Shown here: positions 28,255-37,568 of the stretch, piece by piece
How positions within the stretch are numbered: position 1 is the stretch's first letter
Layout: every line of letters begins with the position of its first letter
Source of the DNA: an uncultured Reyranella sp.
GTDB lineage: Bacteria; Pseudomonadota; Alphaproteobacteria; Reyranellales; Reyranellaceae
Assembly (NCBI GenBank): GCA_937915145.1
Contig: CALDNT010000059.1
Coordinates: 3,474-67,473, forward strand
Length of the DNA: 64,000 bases
Reading direction: 5' to 3'
Program-made: the position numbers and the translations under genes
Notes under the pieces: model-generated
Databases searched by the model: none
What the model saw: only the letters and a program-made list of their open reading frames with translations
What the model was told of the DNA's origin: nothing

Positions 28255-28737
28255 GTGAAGAAACCGGCTGCAGCCCCTGGCCATGCCCACGACCACAGGC
28301 ACTGCGTCGAGGATGCGCTTGCCGCGGCGGAGAAGCTGTGCGCCGCCAAAAGCCTGCGCTTTACGCCGCTGCGGCGGCGGGTTCTCGAACTGATCTGGTC
28401 CGGGCACAAGCCGGTCGGCGCCTACGCCCTGCTCGACAGCCTGCGCAGCGAGGAACTCGGCTCGGCGCCGCCGACGATCTACCGGGCGCTCGACTTCCTG
28501 ATCGAGAACGGCCTGATCCACCGTATCGAGCGCATGAATGCCTTTGTCGGCTGCAACCATCCCGGCGAGGCCCACCGCGGCTTCTTCCTGATCTGCGCCG
28601 ACTGCGGCAACGCCGAGGAAATGGAGGCGGCCGATCTCGGCGAGGCGATTGCCGCCGGCGCGGCGCGGCGCGGCTTCACCGCCCGCGAAATGACCCTCGA
28701 AGTCACCGGCATCTGCGCCGATTGCCGGAAGTCTTAA
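28255..28737 (+). CDS. zur: Fur-family transcriptional regulator, Zur-like
   Basis: His-rich N-terminus (GHAHDHRHC), winged-helix region (LRFTPLRRRVLELIW....VGAYALLD) and C-terminal CxxC pairs (CADCG...CADC). GTG start at 28255; the upstream part of the listed ORF is antisense to hisI. Confidence 0.75.
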   Translation: MKKPAAAPGHAHDHRHCVEDALAAAEKLCAAKSLRFTPLRRRVLELIWSGHKPVGAYALLDSLRSEELGSAPPTIYRALDFLIENGLIHRIERMNAFVGCNHPGEAHRGFFLICADCGNAEEMEAADLGEAIAAGAARRGFTAREMTLEVTGICADCRKS

Positions 28738-28764
28738 CCTCTTCCGAGCGGCGCTGAGACCAAA

Positions 28765-28895
28765 CCCACACCCCTCATCCTGAGGAGCCGCGCGAAGCGC
28801 GGCGTCTCGAAGAATGGGCAACGGACGAGGTGCGTGCGGCCCATGCTTCGAGACACTCGCTGCACTCGTTCCTCAGCATGAGGTTTCGTTGTGGG
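28765..28895. repeat. palindromic REP/MITE-like intergenic element
   Basis: Long imperfect hairpin. Left arm: CCCACACCCCTCATCCTGAGGAGCCGCGCGAAGCGCGGCGTCTCGAAGAATGGGC. Right arm: GCCCATGCTTCGAGACACTCGCTGCACTCGTTCCTCAGCATGAGGTTTCGTTGTGGG. It sits between convergent zur and metC. Confidence 0.65.
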
Positions 28896-28912
28896 CTCTG
28901 CCGAGAAGAAGA

Positions 28913-30106
28913 TTAGGCGTTGTGGGCGCGGTTGAGGCGTTCGAAGCCCTCGGCGAGATCGGTCTTGAGGTCTTCGACATCCTCCAGGCCGATATGGACG
29001 CGCAACAGCTGCTTGCCCTGCGGCCACGGAACGGCGGTGCGGTACTGGTCGGGGTGGGCCGGGATCATCAGGCTTTCGTAGCCGCCCCAACTCGCGCCCA
29101 TGCCGAAGATATCCATGCCGTCCAGCATCGCGGCCATCGCATTCTTGCTGAAACCGTCGCGCAGCGTGAAGGAGAAAAGGCCGGACGAGCCCTTGAACTG
29201 TTTCTTCCAGTTCTCGTGACCGGGGCAGTCGGGCAGGGCGGGGTGCAGCACCTTGTCGACTTCGGGCCGGCCCTTCAGCCACTGGGCGATGGCCAGGCCG
29301 CTCACTTCGTGATGGCGTAGCCGCACGCCCATGGTGCGCAGGCCGCGAAGCGCCAGGTAGCAATCGTCGGGTGCTGCATGGAAGCCGAACGACTGGCAGG
29401 CGGTCTTCGCCGTCTCGAACAGCGGACGCGTCGCGCAGGAGATGATGCCCATCATCGCATCGGAATGGCCGACGATGTACTTGGTGCCGGCATGCACGGA
29501 GATGTCGCAGCCGTGCTCGAACGGCTTGAAGTACAGCGGCGTCGCCCAGGTATTGTCGATGATCACCGTGGCGCCATGCTTCTTGGCAATCGCCGCGATG
29601 GTGTCGACGTCCTGGACCTCGAAGGTCTGCGAGCCGGGCGCTTCGAGGTAGACGATTTTGGTATTGGGCCGGATCATCTTCTCGATGCCGGCGCCGATCA
29701 TCGGATCGAAGTAGGTGGTCTCGACGCCGAAATTCTTGAGCGTGGTGTTGGAGAAACGCCGGGCCGGGCCGTAGGCATTGTCGGTGACCAGCATATGATC
29801 GCCCGATTTGAGGAAGCCGACGATGGCACCGGTGACCGCGCCGAGGCCGGACTGCACGGCGATGGAGCGGTGGGCACCCTCGATAGCGGCAACAGCGTCT
29901 TCCAGGGCTTTCTGGGTCGGGGTGCCGTTACGGCCGTAGCCGAAGCCTTCGAACGGGATCCGGTTCTCGAACTTCTCCATCGTCGGCGAGAGGATGGTCG
30001 AGGCGTGATAGACGGGTGGATTGACGATGCCGAAATTGTTCGCGGGATCGCGGCCGGCGACGGCCAAAACGGTGTCGGGGCGGGTATAAGTTTTCTTGCT
30101 GGTCAT
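28913..30106 (-). CDS. metC: cystathionine beta-lyase
   Basis: Cys/Met-metabolism PLP enzyme: N-terminus ...TVLAVAGRDP....G.VNPPVYHASTI, and the PLP lysine region HAGTKYIVGHSD. Confidence 0.85.
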   Translation of the reverse strand: MTSKKTYTRPDTVLAVAGRDPANNFGIVNPPVYHASTILSPTMEKFENRIPFEGFGYGRNGTPTQKALEDAVAAIEGAHRSIAVQSGLGAVTGAIVGFLKSGDHMLVTDNAYGPARRFSNTTLKNFGVETTYFDPMIGAGIEKMIRPNTKIVYLEAPGSQTFEVQDVDTIAAIAKKHGATVIIDNTWATPLYFKPFEHGCDISVHAGTKYIVGHSDAMMGIISCATRPLFETAKTACQSFGFHAAPDDCYLALRGLRTMGVRLRHHEVSGLAIAQWLKGRPEVDKVLHPALPDCPGHENWKKQFKGSSGLFSFTLRDGFSKNAMAAMLDGMDIFGMGASWGGYESLMIPAHPDQYRTAVPWPQGKQLLRVHIGLEDVEDLKTDLAEGFERLNRAHNA

Positions 30107-30128
30107 GTTGCCAACTATGGCACAGGCC

Positions 30129-30725
30129 TCACGCCGGCGGCCAGCGGTAGACCTCCGGCCACAGCACCCGTGGGTCCTGCAGCTCCTTGTTTTCGCTACG
30201 CAGTGTCCGAAAGCCAGCCTTGCGATAGGTGTCGAGCGCCCTGGGATGATCCAGGGTGTTGGTGTTCAGGATCACCCGAGCCGAACCGCGGGCGATTGCC
30301 CGTTCGACTGCCCGGTCGAGCAGCCAGGGGCCGATCCGCCGGCCGATGTAGTCGAGCGTGAGACCGAAGAAGACGATCTCATCGTCCTGCAGTTCGAAAT
30401 AACCGACCAGCGCGCCGCCGTTGGGAGTGGCGTGGCGGGCGACATGCAACTCGTGCCCAGGCGTCGACAGCACCCCGGCCAGAGTTGCATCGGAGAGCAG
30501 GCGACGCTCGTACCACAGCCACGCACGGCCAACGCGGTCGTAGAGATCGCGATAGAGACTGGCGGTCGGCGCATCGACCCTGACGAGCGAAAGATCGAGA
30601 TCGGGCTTCCGCCCGCGCCGCGTCCACGTGGCCGGCGTCAGTTCGAGGTAGGTGATGCGAACCGGCAGGCGGCCGTCACCACGTGGCGGCGGCTGATGCG
30701 CGAAGAGATCAGGTACCGGTGACAA
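30129..30725 (-). CDS. GNAT-family N-acetyltransferase
   Basis: YIGRRIGPWLLDRAVERAI...RVILNTNTLDHPRALDTYRKAGF (motifs A and B). Confidence 0.7.
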   Translation of the reverse strand: MSPVPDLFAHQPPPRGDGRLPVRITYLELTPATWTRRGRKPDLDLSLVRVDAPTASLYRDLYDRVGRAWLWYERRLLSDATLAGVLSTPGHELHVARHATPNGGALVGYFELQDDEIVFFGLTLDYIGRRIGPWLLDRAVERAIARGSARVILNTNTLDHPRALDTYRKAGFRTLRSENKELQDPRVLWPEVYRWPPA

Positions 30726-31566
30726 TGGGTGTGTCGGCGCGGCCGCCCCATTCGGTCCACGAACCGTCGTAGATCGCAGCCTCAGGCGCGCCCGTCAGGT
30801 AGAGGCCGAGCCCGACGACACAGGCGGTAACGCCCGAGCCGCAGCTTGCGGTAACCTTCTTCGCCGGATCGATGCCGGATGCCTTGATGCGGGCCGCGAG
30901 CGTGTCGGCCGGCAGCATGGTGCCGGTCACGGCATCGAGCAGCTCGTTGTAGGGCAGGTTGTAGGCGCCCGGCATGTGACCGCCGCGCAGGCCGGCACGC
31001 GGCTCCGGTGCCTCGCCGCGGAAACGGGCGGCGGCGCGGGCGTCGACGATCTGTTCGCGCTTGCTGTCGATCAGGCCGCGCACGTCGTCGACCGAGCGGA
31101 CCAGGGTATTGTCGAGGCGGGCGGTGAAGTGGCGGTCGCGCGGCGGCGTCGGATCGTCCGTCACCGGGCGGTCTTCGCGCAGCCACTTGGGCAGGCCGCC
31201 ATCGAGCACCGCGACATCCTTGTGGCCCATGGTGCGGAACATCCACCAGACGCGGCAGGCGCCGGTCATCGGCGTGGTGTCGTAGATGACGATCCTGCTG
31301 CCGTCGCCCAGTCCGAGCTTGCGTACCCGCGAGGCGAACTTCTCCGGCGAGGGCAGCATGTGCGGCAGGGGATTGGCGGTATCGGCGATCTCGTCGATGT
31401 CGAAGAACACCGCGCCGGGAATGTGCTGCTGGGCGAACTCCGCCCTGGGGTCGCGTTTTTGCGCCGGCAGGTAGAACGAGCCATCGACGATGCGGACATC
31501 GGGAGCATCGAGGCGGGCGGCGAGCCAGTCGGTGCTGACGAGCGCGTCGGGTCTTGCATAGTCCAT
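30709..31566 (-). CDS. sseA: 3-mercaptopyruvate sulfurtransferase (tandem rhodanese)
   Basis: LVSTDWLAARLD.PDV.IVD, HIPGA.FFDI, and active-site loop CGSGVTA. Start at ATG 31566. Confidence 0.85.
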   Translation of the reverse strand: MDYARPDALVSTDWLAARLDAPDVRIVDGSFYLPAQKRDPRAEFAQQHIPGAVFFDIDEIADTANPLPHMLPSPEKFASRVRKLGLGDGSRIVIYDTTPMTGACRVWWMFRTMGHKDVAVLDGGLPKWLREDRPVTDDPTPPRDRHFTARLDNTLVRSVDDVRGLIDSKREQIVDARAAARFRGEAPEPRAGLRGGHMPGAYNLPYNELLDAVTGTMLPADTLAARIKASGIDPAKKVTASCGSGVTACVVGLGLYLTGAPEAAIYDGSWTEWGGRADTPIVTGT

Positions 31567-31576
31567 TGGTGTTTCC

Positions 31577-32278
31577 TCAGGCGAGGGCAATGACGAACCG
31601 GCGGTTCATCTTGCCTTTGTTTTCGATTTTCGTGCATTCGACGCGGCCGATCTCGCCGGTGCGGGCGACGTGGGTGCCGCCGCAGGCCTGCAGGTCGATA
31701 CCCTCGATCGCGAGAAGGCGAACACGGCCAGCACCCATCGGCGGGCGCACGCTCATGGTCTTCACCAGTTCGGGTCGGGCATTCAGTTCATCGTCGGTGA
31801 TCCATTGCGGCGTCACCGGCCGGTCGAGCGCGATCAGCCTGTTGACCTCCCCGGTGACCCATTCCCTGGCCGGCACATCGCCCTCGAGATTGAAGTCGAG
31901 GCGACTCTTGTCGGCGCCGACCTGGCCACCGGTGACATTGCCCTTGATGACCGCTGACATGACATGCAGCGCGGTGTGCATGCGCATGTGGCGATAGCGG
32001 CGCTCCCAGTCGAGCAGGCCATGGACGGTGGCGCCGAGTGCCGGCCGTGGCGCATCGGGCGCCAGCACGTGCAACACGTCACCGCCGTCGGCCTTCAACG
32101 AGTCGACAATCCGGGCCTCGCCGCCGTCCCAGCGCAGAAGCCCGGTGTCGCCGGGTTGACCGCCGCCGGTCGGATAGAAGATGGACCTGTCCAGCCGCAC
32201 GCCGCGTTCGTCGAGCGCGGTGACGGTGGCTTCGGTTTCCTTGAGATAGGCGTCCTGACGGAAAAGTTCTTCAACCAT
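31577..32278 (-). CDS. alanyl-tRNA editing protein (AlaX-type)
   Basis: Zinc/editing motifs HTALHV and CGGTHV. Length about 230 aa. Confidence 0.8.
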   Translation of the reverse strand: MVEELFRQDAYLKETEATVTALDERGVRLDRSIFYPTGGGQPGDTGLLRWDGGEARIVDSLKADGGDVLHVLAPDAPRPALGATVHGLLDWERRYRHMRMHTALHVMSAVIKGNVTGGQVGADKSRLDFNLEGDVPAREWVTGEVNRLIALDRPVTPQWITDDELNARPELVKTMSVRPPMGAGRVRLLAIEGIDLQACGGTHVARTGEIGRVECTKIENKGKMNRRFVIALA

Positions 32279-32287
32279 GGTGGGGAT

Positions 32288-33205
32288 TTAGGCCCTCGCC
32301 AGGCGCGCTGCAACTTCCCTTGCCGTCGGCATGGACGGTGCCGCACCCAATCGCCCTACGGAACAGGCCGCTGCAGCGCTGGCATAGCGGGCGGCATCGA
32401 TGGGGGCAGCGCCCGCTGCGAGACGGGCAGCCAGCGCGCCGACGAAGCAGTCGCCGGCCCCGGTCGTGTCCACGACCTTGGCCTTGAGGGCAGGGATGCG
32501 GGTCGCGCCGTCGGCGGTCGCCACGACGGCGCCGTGCCGTCCCAGGGTCGCGACGACGATGCCGGCGCCCCGGCCGCGCAATTTCTCGCAGGCCGCGGCG
32601 ATCGCGCGGAGCGGGCTCGCCGCGGTGATTTTCATCCGCGCGGCCTGCGCCAGCTCGATCTCGTTCAGGACCGCGACGTCGACCGACTTCAGCAATCGGC
32701 CCGGATAGCGCACGAACGGCGCGAGGTTGAGGATGGTGCGCGCGCCGGCCACCCGGGCCAGCCTCAGCACGGCTTCGGTCGTGACAAGTGGCGTCTCGAA
32801 CTGGGCAACCCAGACGTCGCCGCGACGCGGCGCCTGACGGACCATCGCCGTCGTCAGCTCCAGGTTGGCGCCCGAGGCGACAGTGATGGAATTGTCGCCG
32901 CCGGCGACCTGGATCAGCGCCATGCCGGTCGCGTGCCCCTCGATCTCCCGGACGCCGGCCCGGTCGACACCGCTGTCGGCGAGGAAGCTGCGCAGAGCCG
33001 TCGCAAAGGCGTCCTTGCCGACCGCACCGACCATGGCGGTTGCGGCGCCGAGGCGGGCCGCCGCGATGGCCTGGTTGAGGCCCTTGCCGCCGGGCAGGAG
33101 AGAGACCTTGCCGCCAAGCAGCGTTTCGCCGGTTGCCGGCCGCCGTGCGCTTTGCACGACGACATCCATGTTGAGGCTGCCGCAGACGACGACGCGGCTC
33201 ATCAC
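32288..33205 (-). CDS. rbsK: ribokinase
   Basis: VVCGSLNMDVVV, GGKGLNQA and DTTGAGDCFVGALAARLA. Confidence 0.75.
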   Translation of the reverse strand: MMSRVVVCGSLNMDVVVQSARRPATGETLLGGKVSLLPGGKGLNQAIAAARLGAATAMVGAVGKDAFATALRSFLADSGVDRAGVREIEGHATGMALIQVAGGDNSITVASGANLELTTAMVRQAPRRGDVWVAQFETPLVTTEAVLRLARVAGARTILNLAPFVRYPGRLLKSVDVAVLNEIELAQAARMKITAASPLRAIAAACEKLRGRGAGIVVATLGRHGAVVATADGATRIPALKAKVVDTTGAGDCFVGALAARLAAGAAPIDAARYASAAAACSVGRLGAAPSMPTAREVAARLARA

Positions 33206-33212
33206 AGGGGGC

Positions 33213-34214
33213 TCATGTCATCCACGGCGGCAGTGGCAGGTTCTTCTCGCGCAGGAAGGCGGGATTGAACAGCTTGGACTGATAACGCGAGCCGCCGTCG
33301 GCCAGGATGGTGACGATCGTCTTGCCCGGCCCGAGTTCCTTGGCGAGCTTCATCGCGCCCACGATGTTGATGGCGGTCGAGCCGCCCAGTACGAGGCCCT
33401 CGTGCTGAATGAGATCGAACAGCAGCGGCAGAGCTTCCTCGTCGGTGATGCGCAGCGGCAGGTCGATCGGCGCGCCTTCGAGGTTCTTGGTGATGCGACC
33501 TTGGCCAATGCCTTCGGTGACTGAATTGCCCTCGGCCTTCAGCTCGCCCTTGGCGTACCAGTTGTAGAGCGCCGAGCCCATCGGATCGCTGATCGCGATC
33601 TTTACGCCGGCATTGCGTTCCTTCAGCGCCATCGCAACGCCAGCGAGCGTGCCGCCGCTGCCGCAGGAGCAGGTGAAACCGTCGACCTTGCCGTCGGTCT
33701 GGTCCCAGATCTCGGGACCGGTCGTACGATAATGCCCGTCGCGATTGGCGACATTGTCGAACTGGTTGGCCCAGATCGCGCCGTTCGGTTCCGTGGCGGC
33801 GATCTCCTTCGCCAGCGTTTCGGAATAACGGACGTAGTTGCCGGGATTGGCGTAGGGCAGGGCAGGCACGAGGCGGAGATCGGCGCCGCACAGGCGCAGC
33901 ATGTCCTTTTTCTCCTGGCTCTGGGTCTCAGGCATCACGATCACTGAGCGGTAGCCCAGCGCATTGGCGACCAGGGCGATGCCGATACCGGTGTTGCCGG
34001 CCGTGCCCTCAACCACCACGCCGCCTTTGCGCAGCGTGCCGCGATGCTCGGCGTCGCGGATCATCGCTAGTGCGGCGCGATCCTTTACCGAGCCGCCGGG
34101 ATTGAGGAATTCCGCCTTGCCGTAGATCTCGCAGCTCGTCGCCTCGGAGGCAGCGCGCAGTTTGATCAGCGGCGTGTTGCCGATGCTTTCGATAAAACCA
34201 GACCGGACCTTCAT
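33213..34214 (-). CDS. cysteine synthase / cystathionine beta-synthase-family PLP enzyme
   Basis: IGNTPLIKL...EFLNPGGSVKDRAA...GTAGNTGIG...ANQFDN..N...HY.TTGPEI...GSGGTLAG. Start at ATG 34214. Confidence 0.85.
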   Translation of the reverse strand: MKVRSGFIESIGNTPLIKLRAASEATSCEIYGKAEFLNPGGSVKDRAALAMIRDAEHRGTLRKGGVVVEGTAGNTGIGIALVANALGYRSVIVMPETQSQEKKDMLRLCGADLRLVPALPYANPGNYVRYSETLAKEIAATEPNGAIWANQFDNVANRDGHYRTTGPEIWDQTDGKVDGFTCSCGSGGTLAGVAMALKERNAGVKIAISDPMGSALYNWYAKGELKAEGNSVTEGIGQGRITKNLEGAPIDLPLRITDEEALPLLFDLIQHEGLVLGGSTAINIVGAMKLAKELGPGKTIVTILADGGSRYQSKLFNPAFLREKNLPLPPWMT

Positions 34215-34302
34215 GACGTACTCGCTGTGCTGGACCCTGCGCTCCCGAGCCGACGGTAGACAGGGAGGGGGCTCCCCCGCAAGCCGTTCGCGCAACCGCG
34301 GC

Positions 34303-34917
34303 CTAGCGCCAGCGGCCTCTTATCCCGTCGCGGTGCAGTGCCAGCCACTGCAGGCCGATAACGGCGACGGCATTGTCGATTTCGTCACGCTCCATCATTG
34401 CCCTTGCGTCGCCAAACGGCACCGCCTTGACCAGGATATTCTCGCCTTCGGATTCCAGCCCGAAGACACCGCCGGCATTCGCAGAATCGACCCGGCCGAG
34501 AAACACCGCACAGGACTCCGACATCGACCCGGGGCTCAGCATCACATCGTGAATCGGGACCAGGTCACCGATCCTGAGATCTGCTTCCTCGATTGCCTCG
34601 CGACGGACGAGCTGCTCCGGCGTTTCGCCTTCCTCGAATGTCCCGGCAACAAGCTCCCAGTTCCACGGATGCCGCCCGGCAACGTAGGATCCAGCACGGA
34701 ACTGGCGGATCAGTACGACCTCGTCGCGCCGCGGATCGTAGGGCAGGACCGCCGCGGCATGGCCGCGCTCGAAGACCTCGCGGCTGATCACGGCACTTTG
34801 GCCACCCTGGTACAGGCTGTGGCGGAAGAAGTAGCGCCCGACTTTGAAGTACCCCTGGAATGCCGCCACGTGGTCGGTCAATTCGACGGTTTCGTCGGGA
34901 AGCGAAGGCGTCGCCAT
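34303..34917 (-). CDS. NUDIX hydrolase, ADP-ribose pyrophosphatase-like
   Basis: Nudix box ELVAGTFEEGETPEQLVRREAIEEADL. Start at ATG 34917; the listed ORF extension runs through two tRNA genes and is rejected. Confidence 0.8.
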   Translation of the reverse strand: MATPSLPDETVELTDHVAAFQGYFKVGRYFFRHSLYQGGQSAVISREVFERGHAAAVLPYDPRRDEVVLIRQFRAGSYVAGRHPWNWELVAGTFEEGETPEQLVRREAIEEADLRIGDLVPIHDVMLSPGSMSESCAVFLGRVDSANAGGVFGLESEGENILVKAVPFGDARAMMERDEIDNAVAVIGLQWLALHRDGIRGRWR

Positions 34918-34970
34918 GCCAGGACTCCAAATGCAAAAAGGGGCCACTCTCGATCGAGAGTAGCCCCAAA

Positions 34971-35045
34971 TGGCTCCGGAGGTAGGACTCGAACCTACGA
35001 CCGGGCGATTAACAGTCGCCTGCTCTACCGCTGAGCTACTCCGGA
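34971..35045 (-). tRNA. tRNA-Asn (anticodon GUU)
   Basis: The reverse complement UCCGGAGUAGCUCAGCGGUAGAGCAGGCGACUGUUAAUCGCCCGGUCGUAGGUUCGAGUCCUACCUCCGGAGCCA folds as a cloverleaf. Confidence 0.9.
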
Positions 35046-35142
35046 ATGGAAATCGTCGCGGCGGCGGTATCCAGCCCGCGAATGCGCCGTGTTTTGACAG
35101 AGCGGTCCTGCCCACGCAAGGGCCGTTGAGCGTCCCAGTTTG

Positions 35143-35216
35143 TGGAGGCCTGGGCCGGAATCGAACCGGCATACGCGGATTTGCAGTCCGCTGCATCACC
35201 ACTCTGCCACCAGGCC
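35143..35216 (-). tRNA. tRNA-Cys (anticodon GCA)
   Basis: The reverse complement GGCCUGGUGGCAGAGUGGUGAUGCAGCGGACUGCAAAUCCGCGUAUGCCGGUUCGAUUCCGGCCCAGGCCUCCA folds as a cloverleaf. Confidence 0.9.
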
Positions 35217-35350
35217 GCGCGAGGAACGGCGGTGCTATACTCATGCCGCGACAGACGGGTCAAGCCGGACGGACGGGGCCGCGACGCGGCGCCCTTTGAC
35301 GCTGTTGCCGCCTGCCGCCTATAAACACCGCTGCATATAGAGGTCGGCTT

Positions 35351-36010
35351 ATGACGGATTTTGCGCTCGCGCGCCGCAACATGATCGATGGCCAATTGAG
35401 GCCGAATCGAGTGACCAATACCGCACTTCTGGCGGCCATCGGCGACCTGCCGCGGGAGCGCTTCCTGCCCGAAAACCTTCGGTCCGTTGCCTATGCCGAT
35501 GAGGATGTCCCGCTCGGCGGCGGGCGCTACCTGATGGAACCCATGGTTCTGGCCCGACTGATCCAGACGCTGCAGCCGCAAGCCGACGACCGCGCCCTGG
35601 TGATCGGGGCGGGGCGGGGCTATGGCGCCGCACTGTTGGCACGGTTGGTGAAGGCGGTGACGGCGGTCGAGAGCGATCCGGCTTTGGCGGCCGCCGGCGG
35701 ACAAATTGCCAGGGAATTGGGATTGGGCGCCATCGAGTGGCTTGTCGGCAGGCTGGAGCACGGAGCACCGGGGGCGGCCCCTTTTGACGTCATTCTGGTC
35801 GAAGGTGGGGTTCGGGAGATTCCACAGACGATCCTCGATCAATTGGCCGAAGGCGGGCGACTTGCCGCGACCTTGGCCGGCGCTGCCGGCGTGATGGGCG
35901 TGGCCCAGCTCTTCGTCAAGAAGGGAGGGGTGACGTCGGGGCGCCCGTTGTTCGAGACCAGCGCAGCGCTCCTTCCGGGCTTCGTTCCGGCACCCAGTTT
36001 TACCTTTTGA
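35351..36010 (+). CDS. protein-L-isoaspartate O-methyltransferase family protein
   Basis: R.NM.D.QLR...V....LL.A....PRE.F.P and SAM-binding VIGAGRGYGAALLARL. Conserved position upstream of tolC. Confidence 0.75.
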   Translation: MTDFALARRNMIDGQLRPNRVTNTALLAAIGDLPRERFLPENLRSVAYADEDVPLGGGRYLMEPMVLARLIQTLQPQADDRALVIGAGRGYGAALLARLVKAVTAVESDPALAAAGGQIARELGLGAIEWLVGRLEHGAPGAAPFDVILVEGGVREIPQTILDQLAEGGRLAATLAGAAGVMGVAQLFVKKGGVTSGRPLFETSAALLPGFVPAPSFTF

Positions 36011-36104
36011 TTTTGGCGCAAGCGGTTTTTCGCAACCACGTCGGGGGGCTACCAATACCCAATCCAGCAGTGGTAGGGTCGCCTTCAATCATGAGAGTAG
36101 GCCA

Positions 36105-37568
36105 ATGCGTATCCCGCCCTGTTTGAATCGTGCCTGCGCAGCAGCCGGTCTTGCGCTTGCGGCTGGATTCGCCGCGGCGCCGGATGCGCGAGCCCAGAGT
36201 CTGATCCAGGCCCTGTCGACGACTTACAATTCCAACCCCGACCTTCTGGCCAGCCGGGCGCTGCTGCGGCAGACCGACGAATCGCTGGCACAGGCGGTCG
36301 CCAACTGGCGGCCGCGGGTAACGGTGTCGCTTAACTACAACAAGAACCTCGACTCCAACTACCCGTTCATCTCGCCAGGCGTGCCTCAGGCGCCCACGTT
36401 CTATACCTTGAACGGCAAGGCGACGACGCTTCAGATAACCCAGCCGATCTTTCTCGGTGGCCAGACCGTCGCCAACACCAAGCAGGCACAGGCCAATATC
36501 CAGGCACAGCGCGCGTCGCTCGCCGATACCGAACAGAACGTGCTTTTGTCGGCGGTGACGGCCTACGCGGACCTGGTCCAGAACATCGCCATCGCCGATG
36601 CACGAGTGAACAACGTCAATGTGCTCGTGCAGCAGCTCGACGCGACGCGCGAGCGTTTCCGCGTCGGCGAACTCACGATCACCGACGTGTCGCAAGCCGA
36701 GGCGCGCCTGGAACTGGCCAAGGCCGACCTCGTGTCGGCCGACACCCAGGTTCGGATCGCTGAGGCGGCCTTCCAGCGCACGGTCGGGGTGAAGCCCGGC
36801 AAGCTGGGCGAGATCCCGCTGGTGGGCGGCTTGCCGGCCAGCGAGGAAGAGGCCGTGGCGCTCGCCATGGATGGCGGTCCCCGTTCGGTCAGCGCGCAAT
36901 ACCGCATCACGGCGGCATCATACGGGGTCAACAGTGCAATCGGCGCTCTGCTGCCCCAGATCAATCTCGTCGGAACCGTCCAGCAGCAGCAGGACGTCCA
37001 GGTCCCCGGTGACCAGTTCAATAACTTCATTCTCGGCTTTCAGGCCACGATCCCGATCTATCAGGGGGGCGGCGAATGGTCGAGGATCAGGCAGGCAAAG
37101 GAGCTGGTCGGCCAGCGGCGCAACGAACTCGACAGTGCACGCCGGACAGTGGCGGAGAACGTCATCCGCGCCTGGCGCCAGCTCGACTCGTCACGTTCGC
37201 GGGTGACATCATTCGAAGCCCAGGTACGGGCCAACGAAGTGGCCTTGAACGGCGTACGCCAGGAGGCGCTGGTCGGGTCCCGCACCACCCTCGACGTGCT
37301 GAATGCCGAACAGGAACTGCTCAATTCCCAGGTCAACCTCATCCAGGCGCGCCATGACGTGCAGGTCTCGTATTACGGCGTCCTGAGCGGTATCGGGCGC
37401 CTGACGGCGCGGACCCTCAGTCTTCCGGTCGAGTACTACGACGAGGAGAGGTACTATAACGAAGTGGGCTCCCGTTGGATCGGCTGGGGCAATGGCGACA
37501 CCGCCAACCCCGCTGCGACGGAAACCGTTTCCACGGGCAGTCCCGCCGCCAAGGGCAGCACCAAATGA
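36105..37568 (+). CDS. tolC: TolC-family outer membrane efflux protein
   Basis: Signal peptide, then ...LIQALSTTYNSNPDLLASRA... and tandem OEP repeats. Length about 487 aa. Confidence 0.85.
   Translation: MRIPPCLNRACAAAGLALAAGFAAAPDARAQSLIQALSTTYNSNPDLLASRALLRQTDESLAQAVANWRPRVTVSLNYNKNLDSNYPFISPGVPQAPTFYTLNGKATTLQITQPIFLGGQTVANTKQAQANIQAQRASLADTEQNVLLSAVTAYADLVQNIAIADARVNNVNVLVQQLDATRERFRVGELTITDVSQAEARLELAKADLVSADTQVRIAEAAFQRTVGVKPGKLGEIPLVGGLPASEEEAVALAMDGGPRSVSAQYRITAASYGVNSAIGALLPQINLVGTVQQQQDVQVPGDQFNNFILGFQATIPIYQGGGEWSRIRQAKELVGQRRNELDSARRTVAENVIRAWRQLDSSRSRVTSFEAQVRANEVALNGVRQEALVGSRTTLDVLNAEQELLNSQVNLIQARHDVQVSYYGVLSGIGRLTARTLSLPVEYYDEERYYNEVGSRWIGWGNGDTANPAATETVSTGSPAAKGSTK

Noticed and set aside
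34918-35244. N-terminal extension of the NUDIX ORF (listed as 34303..35244).
   Set aside because: The extension reads straight through the tRNA-Asn and tRNA-Cys genes. The NUDIX protein has a good ATG at 34917.
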